NCBI GenBank assembly: GCA_038874135.1
Contig: JAVZCZ010000001.1
Location: 96,001-160,000, forward strand
Length of the DNA: 64,000 nucleotides
Direction: 5' to 3'
Source: Candidatus Woesearchaeota archaeon
Lineage (GTDB): Archaea > Nanobdellota > Nanobdellia > Woesearchaeales > 0-14-0-80-44-23
In this document: piece after piece, positions 49,706 to 59,511 of the stretch
Layout: each line of letters starts with the position of its first letter
Position numbering within the stretch: the first letter of the stretch is position 1
The notes under the pieces: generated by a model
What the model was told of the DNA's origin: nothing
Database searches by the model: none
The model's input: the letters and a program-made list of their open reading frames with translations, nothing else
Position numbers and translations under genes: made by a program

Positions 49706-50801
49706 AAAATCAGGAATGAAAGCAATTTATGCGTTAGCTTTAGTTTTTCTTTTCGTATTGACAGCGGGCAAAGTTTTAGCAGCATCTTCTTCAGGCATTA
49801 ATGTTGCATATTCTTACTGCGTTTTGTCTGTGAATCTTGTGCAGCAGGATCCATATCCTGCAATTCCTGGAGAGTATGTGGACCTGCTCTTCCAGGTTTC
49901 AGGGGTGGATAATTCAAATTGTAACGGCACAAAGTTTATGGTTGTGCCTCAATATCCATTTTCTTCAGACACTAATGATACTGTGAGGATGCTCTCATCT
50001 TATGTGTATGTTCCTGGCGTAGCTGGAATTGCCTGGAACATTCCTTACAGGTTGCGAGTTGATAAGGACGCGGTAAGCGGAATGAACGAGATAACAGTTA
50101 AGTATGGGGACGGTAATGATTGGACTTCTTACATGACAAAAACATTCAATGTGAGCGTTACTGATTACAGGACATCTTTTGACGCAGTGGTTCAGGATGT
50201 AAGCGGGTCGCAGGTGTCAATAGCAATCGCGAATACTGGAGTGAATACTGCTAACGCTATGATAGTCAGAATTCCACCGCAAGAAAATTTTATGGTAGAA
50301 GGCCCGTCTAACGGACAGATGGTTGGAAACCTTGCAGGAGGGGACTATTCAGTTGTAAGCTTTTCAATAGTGCCAACTAATCTAGTTGGTTCCTATCAAA
50401 GGGATAGGAATGTTACAGGTGCTCAGCAACAATTAAACGGCACTACTCATCCGTTTCAAGCGAGGAATACCTCTCTAAAATTGCAGATTGATTATACTGA
50501 CGGGGTTGGGGTTAGAAGGACTTCTATTATTGCAATCCCGCTAAATCTTAACTCCTTCCTTACAAACTCAACTGGCTACATCACGAGAAATGCTTCAAGC
50601 CTTCGCAGCAGGTCTTCATCCTCAACAAGTGTTGCTTCAAAATGGTATTTCTGGGTTGGAATCATAGCAGTCATAGCATTGGGCACATTTTTCTATTATC
50701 ATAAGAAGAGGAAAAACTCGTGGTTTGAAAGCGAAGGTGAAGAGCCAGAGTGGGTAAAGAGGGAAAAGCTTAGGATGAAGACTAATAACAAAAAAGTGTA
50801 G
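49698..50801 (+). CDS. COG1361 S-layer-family secreted protein with C-terminal TM
   Basis: Signal peptide, QDPYPAIPGEYVDL, IANTG, VGNLAGGDYS, many N-x-S/T sequons. Confidence 0.8.
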   Translation: MSKKSGMKAIYALALVFLFVLTAGKVLAASSSGINVAYSYCVLSVNLVQQDPYPAIPGEYVDLLFQVSGVDNSNCNGTKFMVVPQYPFSSDTNDTVRMLSSYVYVPGVAGIAWNIPYRLRVDKDAVSGMNEITVKYGDGNDWTSYMTKTFNVSVTDYRTSFDAVVQDVSGSQVSIAIANTGVNTANAMIVRIPPQENFMVEGPSNGQMVGNLAGGDYSVVSFSIVPTNLVGSYQRDRNVTGAQQQLNGTTHPFQARNTSLKLQIDYTDGVGVRRTSIIAIPLNLNSFLTNSTGYITRNASSLRSRSSSSTSVASKWYFWVGIIAVIALGTFFYYHKKRKNSWFESEGEEPEWVKREKLRMKTNNKKV

Positions 50802-50811
50802 GGTAGGAAAG

Positions 50812-52092
50812 ATGAAGTTCAGAAAGTCCTTGCAGATGGCTTGGAATATGCTGCTGCACAGCCCTCTTAGGAGCTGGCTCACAATAATAGGGATAGTCAT
50901 AGGCATATCTTCAGTAGTTTCCATAATCTCTATGAGCATGGGCGCGCAGCAACAGCTCTCCTCCCGCCTTGGAAGCTTAGGTGCTGACATTCTGACCATA
51001 ACCCCTGGAAGACAGAGAGCCTCTGGAACCTCATTTAATATGAGGATTAGTCCTCCAGATCAGGGTGCAGAACGAAATTTTCCCTCTACGTTTGCTACAT
51101 CTTCAGTCACTAAGAATTTGACAGAGAGAGACATTTCTGCCATAAGGGGATTGCCCAATGTGAAGTATGTAATGGGCCAAATTTCTGGAAGGACGAATCT
51201 TACTTTTCTTGGAAATACTGCAAAGAACATTCAAGTAATCGGTGTGGAAACCTCTGTGTGGAAGGATATAACTACCTCAACTTTAAGCTCGGGTAGATAT
51301 CTTACAAATGGGGACTCCTCATCGGCAGTTATAGGAAGTCAAATTGCTAATTCAGTATTTGGAAAGGCGGTAACACTAAATAGCAAGATATATGTTGGGG
51401 GTAAGGCATTTACAGTTGTTGGCATACTGTCTGAAGGCTCAACAGTCTATATACCTATAGATAGTGCAAGGACAATAATTGAAGATAAGAACAACCCATA
51501 TTTTGACAGCATACTTGTAAAGATAGCTGACACCTCTCTCACAAATGACACCATCACCCAAATAACTAATAGATTGATGCTTACACACGGAATCCTTAAC
51601 CCGAACAAGATTGACTTCTCAATTTCCAACCCGGCTTCAATGCAACAGACAATACAATCTACTATGAGAACTATGACACTATTTTTAGGAGCGATAGCTG
51701 CCATCTCCCTCCTTGTAGGAGCAGTTGGAATTGCCAACACGATGTTCACATCTACCCTAGAAAAGATGCGGGAGATAGGAGTCCTAAAGGCGTTGGGTGC
51801 AAAAAACATTGACATCTTACTAATATTTCTGCTCAATTCGGCATTGATAGGACTAGTTGGGGGAATAGGAGGAGTAATACTGGGCTCTGCAGCATCAATA
51901 TTCATAAACGACTATGCAGGGATCAGCGCTGGCGGAAATGGAATGCTCAGATTTTTCGGAAGCTCAATAATAAGCTTGCCCTTAATACTTGGAGCAATTC
52001 TGATTGCAGTAGCGGTTGGAGTCATAGCAGGCGTGATACCAGCATACAGGGCGTCCAAGCTGGACCCTGTAGAGGCACTAAAATATGAGTAA
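50812..52092 (+). CDS. ABC transporter permease (MacB/FtsX family)
   Basis: RSWLTIIGIVIG, ISLLVGAVGIANTM, REIGVLKALGA, PAYRASKLDPVEALKYE. Confidence 0.93.
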   Translation: MKFRKSLQMAWNMLLHSPLRSWLTIIGIVIGISSVVSIISMSMGAQQQLSSRLGSLGADILTITPGRQRASGTSFNMRISPPDQGAERNFPSTFATSSVTKNLTERDISAIRGLPNVKYVMGQISGRTNLTFLGNTAKNIQVIGVETSVWKDITTSTLSSGRYLTNGDSSSAVIGSQIANSVFGKAVTLNSKIYVGGKAFTVVGILSEGSTVYIPIDSARTIIEDKNNPYFDSILVKIADTSLTNDTITQITNRLMLTHGILNPNKIDFSISNPASMQQTIQSTMRTMTLFLGAIAAISLLVGAVGIANTMFTSTLEKMREIGVLKALGAKNIDILLIFLLNSALIGLVGGIGGVILGSAASIFINDYAGISAGGNGMLRFFGSSIISLPLILGAILIAVAVGVIAGVIPAYRASKLDPVEALKYE

Positions 52093-52245
52093 ATAGAATT
52101 TGGCTTTCCCACATAAAATCGCAACCTTTAAATAGGGGTTGCTGTATATCCTTATTCAGTATTAATTCTTGAAGGATTGCTGAGGTGCGAAGCTTCTGCA
52201 ATGAGAAGTTAAGGAGTAAAAACTGGATTGAAAGAGTGAGTTAAA

Positions 52246-52887
52246 ATGGAAAGTGAAAATGTTATCAAGACCGGAACCACCACTGTTGGAATAGTTTGTA
52301 AAGACGGGATAGTGCTTGCTGCTGATAAGCGCGCCACAGCGGGCTACCTTATTGCTAGCAAGAAGACGGAAAAGATTCACCAGATAAGTGAAAACATTGC
52401 AGTTACAATGGCTGGAACCGCATCTGACGCGCAGCTGCTAGTTAAGATTGCCAGAGCAGAGCTTAAGCTTAAGGCATTGAGAACTGGTCAGGAGATAAGT
52501 GTCAAGGAGGCTGCAAATCTAATCTCACGATTAGTATATGACAACATAAGAAAGTTTTCATCCATCCCCGGCATTTCACAGTTCATTCTTGCAGGTAAGG
52601 ACTCTAAGGGGTTCGGACTTTACGACCTGTTTCCAGATGGAACCATTGAAGAGTGTGAGGACTACATGGCTTCTGGCTCTGGAAGCGTAATGGCTTTCGG
52701 AGTGTTAGAGACACTGTACAGAAAGGGAATGAGCATTGATGAGGGTATAAAGCTGGCTGTGAAGTGCCTGAATGCTGCAATTCAGAGGGATATCGCTTCT
52801 GGAAGCGGCTTTGATGTGGTAACAATAACCAATGAGGGAGTTAAGAAGGTTTTGGAAAAAGACATAAACGCCATGATTCAAGCGTAG
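52246..52887 (+). CDS. psmB: proteasome beta subunit
   Basis: Short propeptide then KTG|TTTVG, AADKRAT, SGSGS, RDIASG. Confidence 0.96.
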   Translation: MESENVIKTGTTTVGIVCKDGIVLAADKRATAGYLIASKKTEKIHQISENIAVTMAGTASDAQLLVKIARAELKLKALRTGQEISVKEAANLISRLVYDNIRKFSSIPGISQFILAGKDSKGFGLYDLFPDGTIEECEDYMASGSGSVMAFGVLETLYRKGMSIDEGIKLAVKCLNAAIQRDIASGSGFDVVTITNEGVKKVLEKDINAMIQA

Positions 52888-52926
52888 TTTTAAACTGAAA
52901 TTTTATTTTGGAGAGTGTGATTCTGA

Positions 52927-54837
52927 ATGATGGGAAGTAAGACCAAGATACTAAATGAGATACTTAAGATGCTCCCAGCTGAAAAGATAAGCGACGCTGG
53001 ATTTGAAGGGGCGAACATCGTTTTGTACACGAAGGACAGAGACTTCTTCCTGGACAACCAGGGGCTGATCAAAAATGTGGTAAATGATATTAAGAAGAGG
53101 GTTGAGCTGAGAGCTGATCCTGAAATTCTAATGGACCAGGATGGAACTCAGGAGTTCATAAGGCAGCTAATACCGGAAGAGGCAGAGCTTGGCAACATCC
53201 TCTTTGATGCTAAGAGGTCAATGGTTACTGTTGAGGTGGGAAAGCCGGGAGTGGCCATAGGAAAGGATGGAAGCACACTTAAAGAGATAAGGAACAAGAC
53301 GCTCTGGATTCCAATAATTAGAAGGAAGCCGGCCATTCAGTCCAACATCATAGACAGCATAAGGGGAATACTATACCAGCAGTCCGACTTTAGAAGGCGA
53401 TTCCTTAACGAGACGGGTCACAGGATTTATGACGGCTGGATTAGGGGCAAGCGTCAGGAGTGGGTTCGCGTATCATTCTTAGGAGCTGGAAGGCAGGTGG
53501 GGCGATCCTGCATATACCTTCAAACTCCAGAGTCCAGGATACTTCTAGACTGCGGGGTGGATGTTGCGGCTGAAAATTCAAACGCCTACCCTCATATTGA
53601 AGCGCCAGAACTTGAGATAGGCCAGCTGGACGCTGTCATACTCACACACGCCCACCTTGACCACTCCGGATTTATTCCATACCTTTTCAGGTACGGCTAC
53701 AGAGGCCCTGTCTACTGCACTGCTCCAACAAGAGACATTGCCGCACTGACTCTTCTGGACTATGTGAAGATTATGCGTTCCAGCGGAAAGGAAGCCATAT
53801 ACTCATCTGAGGATGTACAAGAGATGGTTAAGCACACAATAACATTAGAGTATGAAGAAGTTACAGACATAACGCCGGATGTCAGGATTACACTTTATAA
53901 TGCGGGTCACATTCTCGGAAGCGCCATGGTGCACCTGCACATTGGAAATGGACTTCACAACATGCTCTACACTGCTGACATGAAATATGCCAAGACTGAG
54001 CTGCTTGAAGCTGCAGAGACCAACTTTCCAAGACTTGAGAGCATGATAATAGAATCAACTTATGGAGGCAGCGACTATGTCATGCCTTCCAGGAAGGAGT
54101 GCGACGAGCTCTTCAAACGCCTCATAACTGAAACCATCGCTAATGGGGGCAAGATCCTAGTGCCCGTTCTTGGAACTGGAAGGGCTCAGGAGATAATGCT
54201 GACTGTGGAGCAGATGGTCCGCAAGGGTGAGATTCCACCAATCCCGGTGTTCGTAGATGGAATAGTGTGGGATATAACAGCAATACACACAGCCTACCCG
54301 GAATTCATGAACAGCACCGTGCGCAAGCAGATATTCAGAGATGACAACAACCCATTCCTTTCAGAAATATTCAAGCGGGTTGGTTCGGCTCAGGAGAGGA
54401 AGCAGGTATTTGAAGAGCAGGGCCCCTGCCTCATCCTTGCAACTTCAGGAATGCTTGTAGGAGGTCCTTCTGTTGAGTATTTAAGAAACCTGGCTGACAA
54501 TCCTAAAAACCTTCTAATCTTTGTTTCCTATCAGGGTCAGGGCTCTCTGGGAAGGCGCATACAGAATGGAGAGCGCGAATTCACAATGACTAACGAAGAT
54601 GGAAAACAGGAGCTGGTAAAGCTGAATATGAGGGTTGAAACCATTGAGGGCTTTTCAGGACACTCCAGCAGAAAGGAGCTTCTTAACTTCATTTACAAGT
54701 GTAATCCAAAGCCTAAGAAGGTTATAGTTCATCACGGAGAAAGCTCCAGATGCTTAGACCTTGCCAGCACCATACACAAGCAGTTCAGAATTGAGACGGC
54801 AGCTCCGAGAAATCTTGAAGTTGTTAGGCTTAAGTAG
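52927..54837 (+). CDS. fttA: beta-CASP ribonuclease aCPSF1 / transcription termination factor FttA
   Basis: N-terminal KH domains, THAHLDH, NAGHILGS, IESTYG, FSGHS, HHGE; follows psmB. Confidence 0.95.
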   Translation: MMGSKTKILNEILKMLPAEKISDAGFEGANIVLYTKDRDFFLDNQGLIKNVVNDIKKRVELRADPEILMDQDGTQEFIRQLIPEEAELGNILFDAKRSMVTVEVGKPGVAIGKDGSTLKEIRNKTLWIPIIRRKPAIQSNIIDSIRGILYQQSDFRRRFLNETGHRIYDGWIRGKRQEWVRVSFLGAGRQVGRSCIYLQTPESRILLDCGVDVAAENSNAYPHIEAPELEIGQLDAVILTHAHLDHSGFIPYLFRYGYRGPVYCTAPTRDIAALTLLDYVKIMRSSGKEAIYSSEDVQEMVKHTITLEYEEVTDITPDVRITLYNAGHILGSAMVHLHIGNGLHNMLYTADMKYAKTELLEAAETNFPRLESMIIESTYGGSDYVMPSRKECDELFKRLITETIANGGKILVPVLGTGRAQEIMLTVEQMVRKGEIPPIPVFVDGIVWDITAIHTAYPEFMNSTVRKQIFRDDNNPFLSEIFKRVGSAQERKQVFEEQGPCLILATSGMLVGGPSVEYLRNLADNPKNLLIFVSYQGQGSLGRRIQNGEREFTMTNEDGKQELVKLNMRVETIEGFSGHSSRKELLNFIYKCNPKPKKVIVHHGESSRCLDLASTIHKQFRIETAAPRNLEVVRLK

Positions 54838-54838
54838 G

Positions 54839-55309
54839 CTAATTCTTTTTAGGCTTATCAGCAATGCAGCCCATGTGGTAGAGTGCTATCAGTTGAACAA
54901 CGATTGAGATTGCTATTATACTTAGACTGTACCTTTCAAAGAAGTTGAATGCAAAACCGGGAACTATCAAAGCGAGAATTCCCGTGCTGAGATATGCTCC
55001 GCATACTGGCGCACCTACAGTGCATGCCTGTAAAGCTCCAAAGCCGAAGATGGTAGCTATTATTCCCAATAGTGAAGCTCCGTTTCTTTTCGCAGAATAA
55101 ACCTTCTCCTTTACACTCCTCACAAAACAGGTTATTATTGAAGATGTTGTGATTATGAATAGTATAGCAATTATCCAATAATAGCCGTAGTAGACCTTCC
55201 TTGGAAGCAGAAGGCTTAATCCAATTGCAGATATTAGAAAAACGAACTTGCAGTAGTGGCTCTTCAGAACTCTAAATATGGGAACTCTGAATATTTTCTT
55301 ATCTTTCAA
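54839..55309 (-). CDS. membrane protein with ACTVGAPVC motif
   Basis: About 4-5 TMs with a Cys pair in the membrane region. Confidence 0.65.
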   Translation of the reverse strand: MKDKKIFRVPIFRVLKSHYCKFVFLISAIGLSLLLPRKVYYGYYWIIAILFIITTSSIITCFVRSVKEKVYSAKRNGASLLGIIATIFGFGALQACTVGAPVCGAYLSTGILALIVPGFAFNFFERYSLSIIAISIVVQLIALYHMGCIADKPKKN

Positions 55310-55423
55310 ATTCTTACACCTTAAAAGATATTTGTGGAATCGGCTGTGAAAATTTAAAGTTTTTGATTTTGTAGATAAAGAGTTTCACAACCTTTAAATA
55401 AGACTCAGCTCTACAAGCCCGCT

Positions 55424-56089
55424 ATGAAGCTGGGAGCTCTATTTTCAGGCGGTAAAGATTCGTGTTATGCAATGCACCTCGCAGCAAGGCAGCATGAAAT
55501 AGTCTGCCTCATCTCAATACTTTCAAAGAGCTCTGAAAGCTACATGTTTCACACTCCAAACATAAATCTTGTCAAAAAACAGGCTGAAGCTTTAGGGCTC
55601 CCAATTTTAATGGAAGAAACGGAAGGGCAGAAGGAAGAAGAGCTTAAAGACCTTGAAAGGGCGCTGCTTAAAGCGAAAAGCGAGTATAGAATTGAAGGCA
55701 TAGTTTCAGGAGCTATTGCAAGCACCTATCAGAAGGAAAGGATTGAAAAGATCTGCAAGAGGTTAGGCTTAGAGTGCCTAAATCCCCTGTGGGGAGTTGA
55801 CCAGTTTGAACTTCTCAGAAGGCTGGTTTCTGAAAGGTTTGAAGTAATTATAGTCGGCGTATTTGCCATGGGCCTTGAAAGGTTTCTCGGAAGGAAGATT
55901 GACCAGAGCTTCATAAGAGAGATTGAATCAGTTTATGAAAAGCTCAGGATTAACCCTTCTGGAGAGGGCGGCGAGTATGAGAGTTTCGTGCTGAACGCTC
56001 CAATGTTTAAGCACCCATTGGAGATATTGAGCAGCGAAGAGGTTTCTGACAGGCATGGCGGCCGAACTCTAATCCTAAAATTAAAATAG
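55424..56089 (+). CDS. dph6: diphthine--ammonia ligase
   Basis: LFSGGKDS, SYMFH, GAIASTYQ, PLW, GEGGEYESFV. Confidence 0.92.
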   Translation: MKLGALFSGGKDSCYAMHLAARQHEIVCLISILSKSSESYMFHTPNINLVKKQAEALGLPILMEETEGQKEEELKDLERALLKAKSEYRIEGIVSGAIASTYQKERIEKICKRLGLECLNPLWGVDQFELLRRLVSERFEVIIVGVFAMGLERFLGRKIDQSFIREIESVYEKLRINPSGEGGEYESFVLNAPMFKHPLEILSSEEVSDRHGGRTLILKLK

Positions 56090-56099
56090 AAAAAATGAA

Positions 56100-56405
56100 T
56101 TACTTCTTGGATACTTTGGGCTCTTTGAATAGGTATTTTGCTATCAGGAATACTACGAATGCTATTATTATAAAGTTTATCACAGCTCCGAGGAATGCTC
56201 CCCAACGGAGAACTATTGGTCCAATCTTGAGAGTTGCTGTTTCCCAGCCTCCGTGCGGTATAAATGGTGTTAGTAGGGGCATTATTATGTTGCTTACAAG
56301 CGAATTTACAAGTGCAGTTACGGCAGCGCCCATGATGAAGGCAATTGCCAGCGGCAGTACCTTATATTCAGCAAGAAACTCTTTGAACTCCTTTATTATT
56401 CCCAT
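56100..56405 (-). CDS. mscL: large-conductance mechanosensitive channel
   Basis: IKEFKEF, LAIAFIMGAA..LVNSLV..IIMP, WGAFL..VINF.IIAFVVF. Confidence 0.92.
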   Translation of the reverse strand: MGIIKEFKEFLAEYKVLPLAIAFIMGAAVTALVNSLVSNIIMPLLTPFIPHGGWETATLKIGPIVLRWGAFLGAVINFIIIAFVVFLIAKYLFKEPKVSKK

Positions 56406-56532
56406 TTTTTCACCTCGTAAGGGTTTCTGGATTCATTTTATGTTTTGGAGTTTAAAAATGTTTTTGAACTCTTCTTGCGATTGGGAAACTTCCTATCAAA
56501 AGTTTTAAATCTTGTTAGAATATTTTTTTCTC

Positions 56533-57396
56533 ATGAGCCTTGCCGGCTTGTTGAAGGATGCTAAGATTGTTTTTAGAAGCACTTCCATATCAGACTTTTT
56601 AGTGCTTTCAGCACTTCCTCTTGTTATGTTCTGCCTCATGTTTGTGCCTGCAAGGATTTCAGATTTATTGAAGCTTAACCTGAATAGTCCCAAATGGTGG
56701 CAGTTCTTTACGAACTCCTTCTTCCATGCAGGTTGGAAACACTTCCTGTTTAACGCTTTGATGTATTTCTTAATCGTCATTCCATCATTCCTATTTTCAG
56801 CTTATTCTGGAAAGAAACATATTTATTACAAGATGTATGCTGCGGCATGTGGAGCTTATCCGATTGCTTCCCTGCTTGTTGGCTCCATCTCTTCACAATT
56901 CTATTTTAAAATTATGTTTCCAAAAACATACCTTATGAATGCTCATCAGGTTTCTGGTTCTTCAGGAATTGTTGCTTCACTTATGGGAATACTTCCTTTT
57001 GTCTTCCTTAGCAGGTATCATGCTGAGGTCAGTTTTAAGAATAAAATGTTCTTCCTCTCACTGCTCTACTGTGTAGCTATTTTTATTTTGATTTATGGAA
57101 GCGTGTCATATAAGGTTCTTTCTATAGTTGCATTTCTCATTGTTTTAATTATGCTCCTAAGCTCAACTGCCTATTTGAAAATTTTTTTGAAAAGCATCAG
57201 AAAGGATTTGAGAGCTAACAGATTTTTAGGCTTTTTATCCTTGCTGCTGCCGCTGTTTTTTATCGGCGCTCCATTTGCCTTATTCCCGAATTTAAACAAG
57301 TTAGCCAGTGAAGGAATGCTTGTAAATTTTGGAGGGCATTATTTCGGACTTATTCTCGGCATACTTGCAGGTTCAATAGTTTTTGAAACAATGTAA
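56533..57396 (+). CDS. rhomboid-family intramembrane serine protease
   Basis: WWQFFT..FFH...HFLFN, SGSSG, GHYFG..LG. Confidence 0.8.
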   Translation: MSLAGLLKDAKIVFRSTSISDFLVLSALPLVMFCLMFVPARISDLLKLNLNSPKWWQFFTNSFFHAGWKHFLFNALMYFLIVIPSFLFSAYSGKKHIYYKMYAAACGAYPIASLLVGSISSQFYFKIMFPKTYLMNAHQVSGSSGIVASLMGILPFVFLSRYHAEVSFKNKMFFLSLLYCVAIFILIYGSVSYKVLSIVAFLIVLIMLLSSTAYLKIFLKSIRKDLRANRFLGFLSLLLPLFFIGAPFALFPNLNKLASEGMLVNFGGHYFGLILGILAGSIVFETM

Positions 57397-57505
57397 ACAA
57401 AAAATGAATTATATACTCCAGTATAATAATCTTTAAAAAGGTTGTAACCACTATTGAATAAAAACTAATTAGGAACAATTAAAAGTTTTTAGGAGGGCGT
57501 TGGGC

Positions 57506-58864
57506 ATGAAGAGAAACCCATTAGTCTTATTGTCAATAGTACTTGTGCTGGCACTTATCAAGCCAGTGCTTGCAGCCTCAATTTCAGTGAGCACAAGTTC
57601 TATAACATTCGGCGGATCTGACGCGGAAAGAGACTCATACTACACTGCAACACTCACAATAACAAATACAGGCTCAGACAATGTTACTATCAATATAAAC
57701 CCCAGCGGGGTAAACAGCAGGTATCAGCTCTCAATACTGCCAAACCAGAGCATAACAATTCCAGGAAATAACAATCAGACCATTATCAACCTTCAAGCAT
57801 ACATACCCAAAAGTGAGGATTCTGCAAAGCATAAGATTGGAAACCTCATAATAAGCGGATCAGGAATCACATCTCAAACAGTAACACTTTACATGCAAGC
57901 GGTAAACAAGCTGGAAGTTTATGACATGGACATTGAAGTTGCCGGAAGCTCTCAGAATGTAGACTGCACCTATGACGGATGTTCTTACAGCGTAGATAAG
58001 AAAGCAGAACCCGGCTCATCATTAACCCTAACTATAAAGCTAAAAAACGATTTCACCAAAGATGAAAACATTGACATAAACGACATAGAAATAAACTCCT
58101 ACATTGAAAACATCAATAACGGAGACGACCTGTACCCCGACAGAGAGGTAGGCACATTCGACCTTGCACCTGAAAAGAAGGTAACAAAAGCTGTTACATT
58201 CACAATTCCAGAAAACGCTGAAGAAGATGAATACACTCTTGCAGTTGAGATAAGCGGAGAAGATGACAACGGTGCAGTGCACTCCTTCAAAGGAGAAATC
58301 TACTTTGAAGTAAAGAGGCCGTCCCACGCCATAGACATTGTTGAGATAAGTCCTTCCCAGCTTGAGGTTTCAAATTGCAGCAGGAGTGCCACGCTTGCTG
58401 TTAAGATTATCAACAGGGGAAGAAATGACGAGAAGCATGTTGCTGTTACGGCTGCAAATCAGCAGTTAGGAATAGGGCTAAAAAATGACCTGTCTCTAAA
58501 CTATGGGGAAAGCTATACGAATGTTTTCACGATAATCGCGCCGCAAAATGCAGTGCCCGGAACATACATGCTCACAATAAAGACATACTACGACTATGAC
58601 GAGCTGAGCAGCATCTCTTCCGTACCACTTGTAGTTAAGACATGCGCTCCGGAAGTTGTAACTCCTACGGAGCCAGAGCAGCCGGTGCAGAATCAGAGCC
58701 AGCAAGAAAGTGCGCCAGTAATAATACAGCCGCCCAGTGGAGCTGTTGCGGTTGCGCAGAAGGTACCATTCACTGAAACTACAACTTTTATGGTGCTGCT
58801 AGTAGTTGCAATAGTAGCTTTGCTAATACTGATCTTTGTGGTTATAGCGAAGCTGGTGAGGTAG
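57506..58864 (+). CDS. secreted multi-Ig/CARDB-like surface (putative S-layer) protein
   Basis: Signal peptide, repeated TITNTG/KIINRG beta-sandwich motifs, acidic, P/Q linker, C-terminal TM. Confidence 0.75.
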   Translation: MKRNPLVLLSIVLVLALIKPVLAASISVSTSSITFGGSDAERDSYYTATLTITNTGSDNVTININPSGVNSRYQLSILPNQSITIPGNNNQTIINLQAYIPKSEDSAKHKIGNLIISGSGITSQTVTLYMQAVNKLEVYDMDIEVAGSSQNVDCTYDGCSYSVDKKAEPGSSLTLTIKLKNDFTKDENIDINDIEINSYIENINNGDDLYPDREVGTFDLAPEKKVTKAVTFTIPENAEEDEYTLAVEISGEDDNGAVHSFKGEIYFEVKRPSHAIDIVEISPSQLEVSNCSRSATLAVKIINRGRNDEKHVAVTAANQQLGIGLKNDLSLNYGESYTNVFTIIAPQNAVPGTYMLTIKTYYDYDELSSISSVPLVVKTCAPEVVTPTEPEQPVQNQSQQESAPVIIQPPSGAVAVAQKVPFTETTTFMVLLVVAIVALLILIFVVIAKLVR

Positions 58865-59471
58865 AATCTTTATTTTTTAACACTTTTAATTTTTCAATTT
58901 CTCTATACAGCCTTTTTATTCTTTGAAAGTTTATTTCCATTCTCCTGTTAGCTTCCTCGCACAATTCCCTTACCCCTTCTTCACTAATTAAGAGGCTTCC
59001 ATTTTTTGAAACAATAGCGTTGATGCTTTCCGGGCTTTCTAGGGAGAGCATTATCCTATTTCCTGCTGAGATTATGCAGCTCCTCTTAAATCCTGAAGCG
59101 TTTCCAATCACGACCATCCTGTTTGCTGCTTCAAGGCTTCTTGCAGCTATGTGAATTATCATGTTCTCCTGCTTGAACCAGATTGGACTATGGCTGACTT
59201 TTTCTTTTAGCACTCTTAGCACTTCTTCTGCATTTACCTTTTCATGGCTTGTAAATATCCACTCCGCCTGGTCTTTCCTTTCAGATTTTCTTTCTATGAG
59301 CATTATCCTTCCAGAACAGGAGCTTGTTGTATAAAATTCTGGCATGCTGTTTATCATATCAATCAGCTGCCTTATCCTCTCATCTATCGCTCCTTTTTTT
59401 GAGTTGTCTCTTCGAGAGAGGGCATTCTTCTTGTGAAGTGCAAACTCCTTCTCTGGTATTTCACACTGCAT
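58842..59471 (-). CDS. taw3: tRNA wyosine-derivative methyltransferase Taw3/TYW3
   Basis: DNSKKGAID, YTTSSCSGRI, W...SH, IIHIAAR, GFKRS. Confidence 0.9.
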   Translation of the reverse strand: MQCEIPEKEFALHKKNALSRRDNSKKGAIDERIRQLIDMINSMPEFYTTSSCSGRIMLIERKSERKDQAEWIFTSHEKVNAEEVLRVLKEKVSHSPIWFKQENMIIHIAARSLEAANRMVVIGNASGFKRSCIISAGNRIMLSLESPESINAIVSKNGSLLISEEGVRELCEEANRRMEINFQRIKRLYREIEKLKVLKNKDSTSPASL

Positions 59472-59511
59472 AGGAAGAAGAAGTGATGCGTCTTTAATAA
59501 ATTTTTTTAAA

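Noticed and set aside
56095-56508. 137-aa plus-strand ORF
   Set aside because: Antisense shadow of mscL
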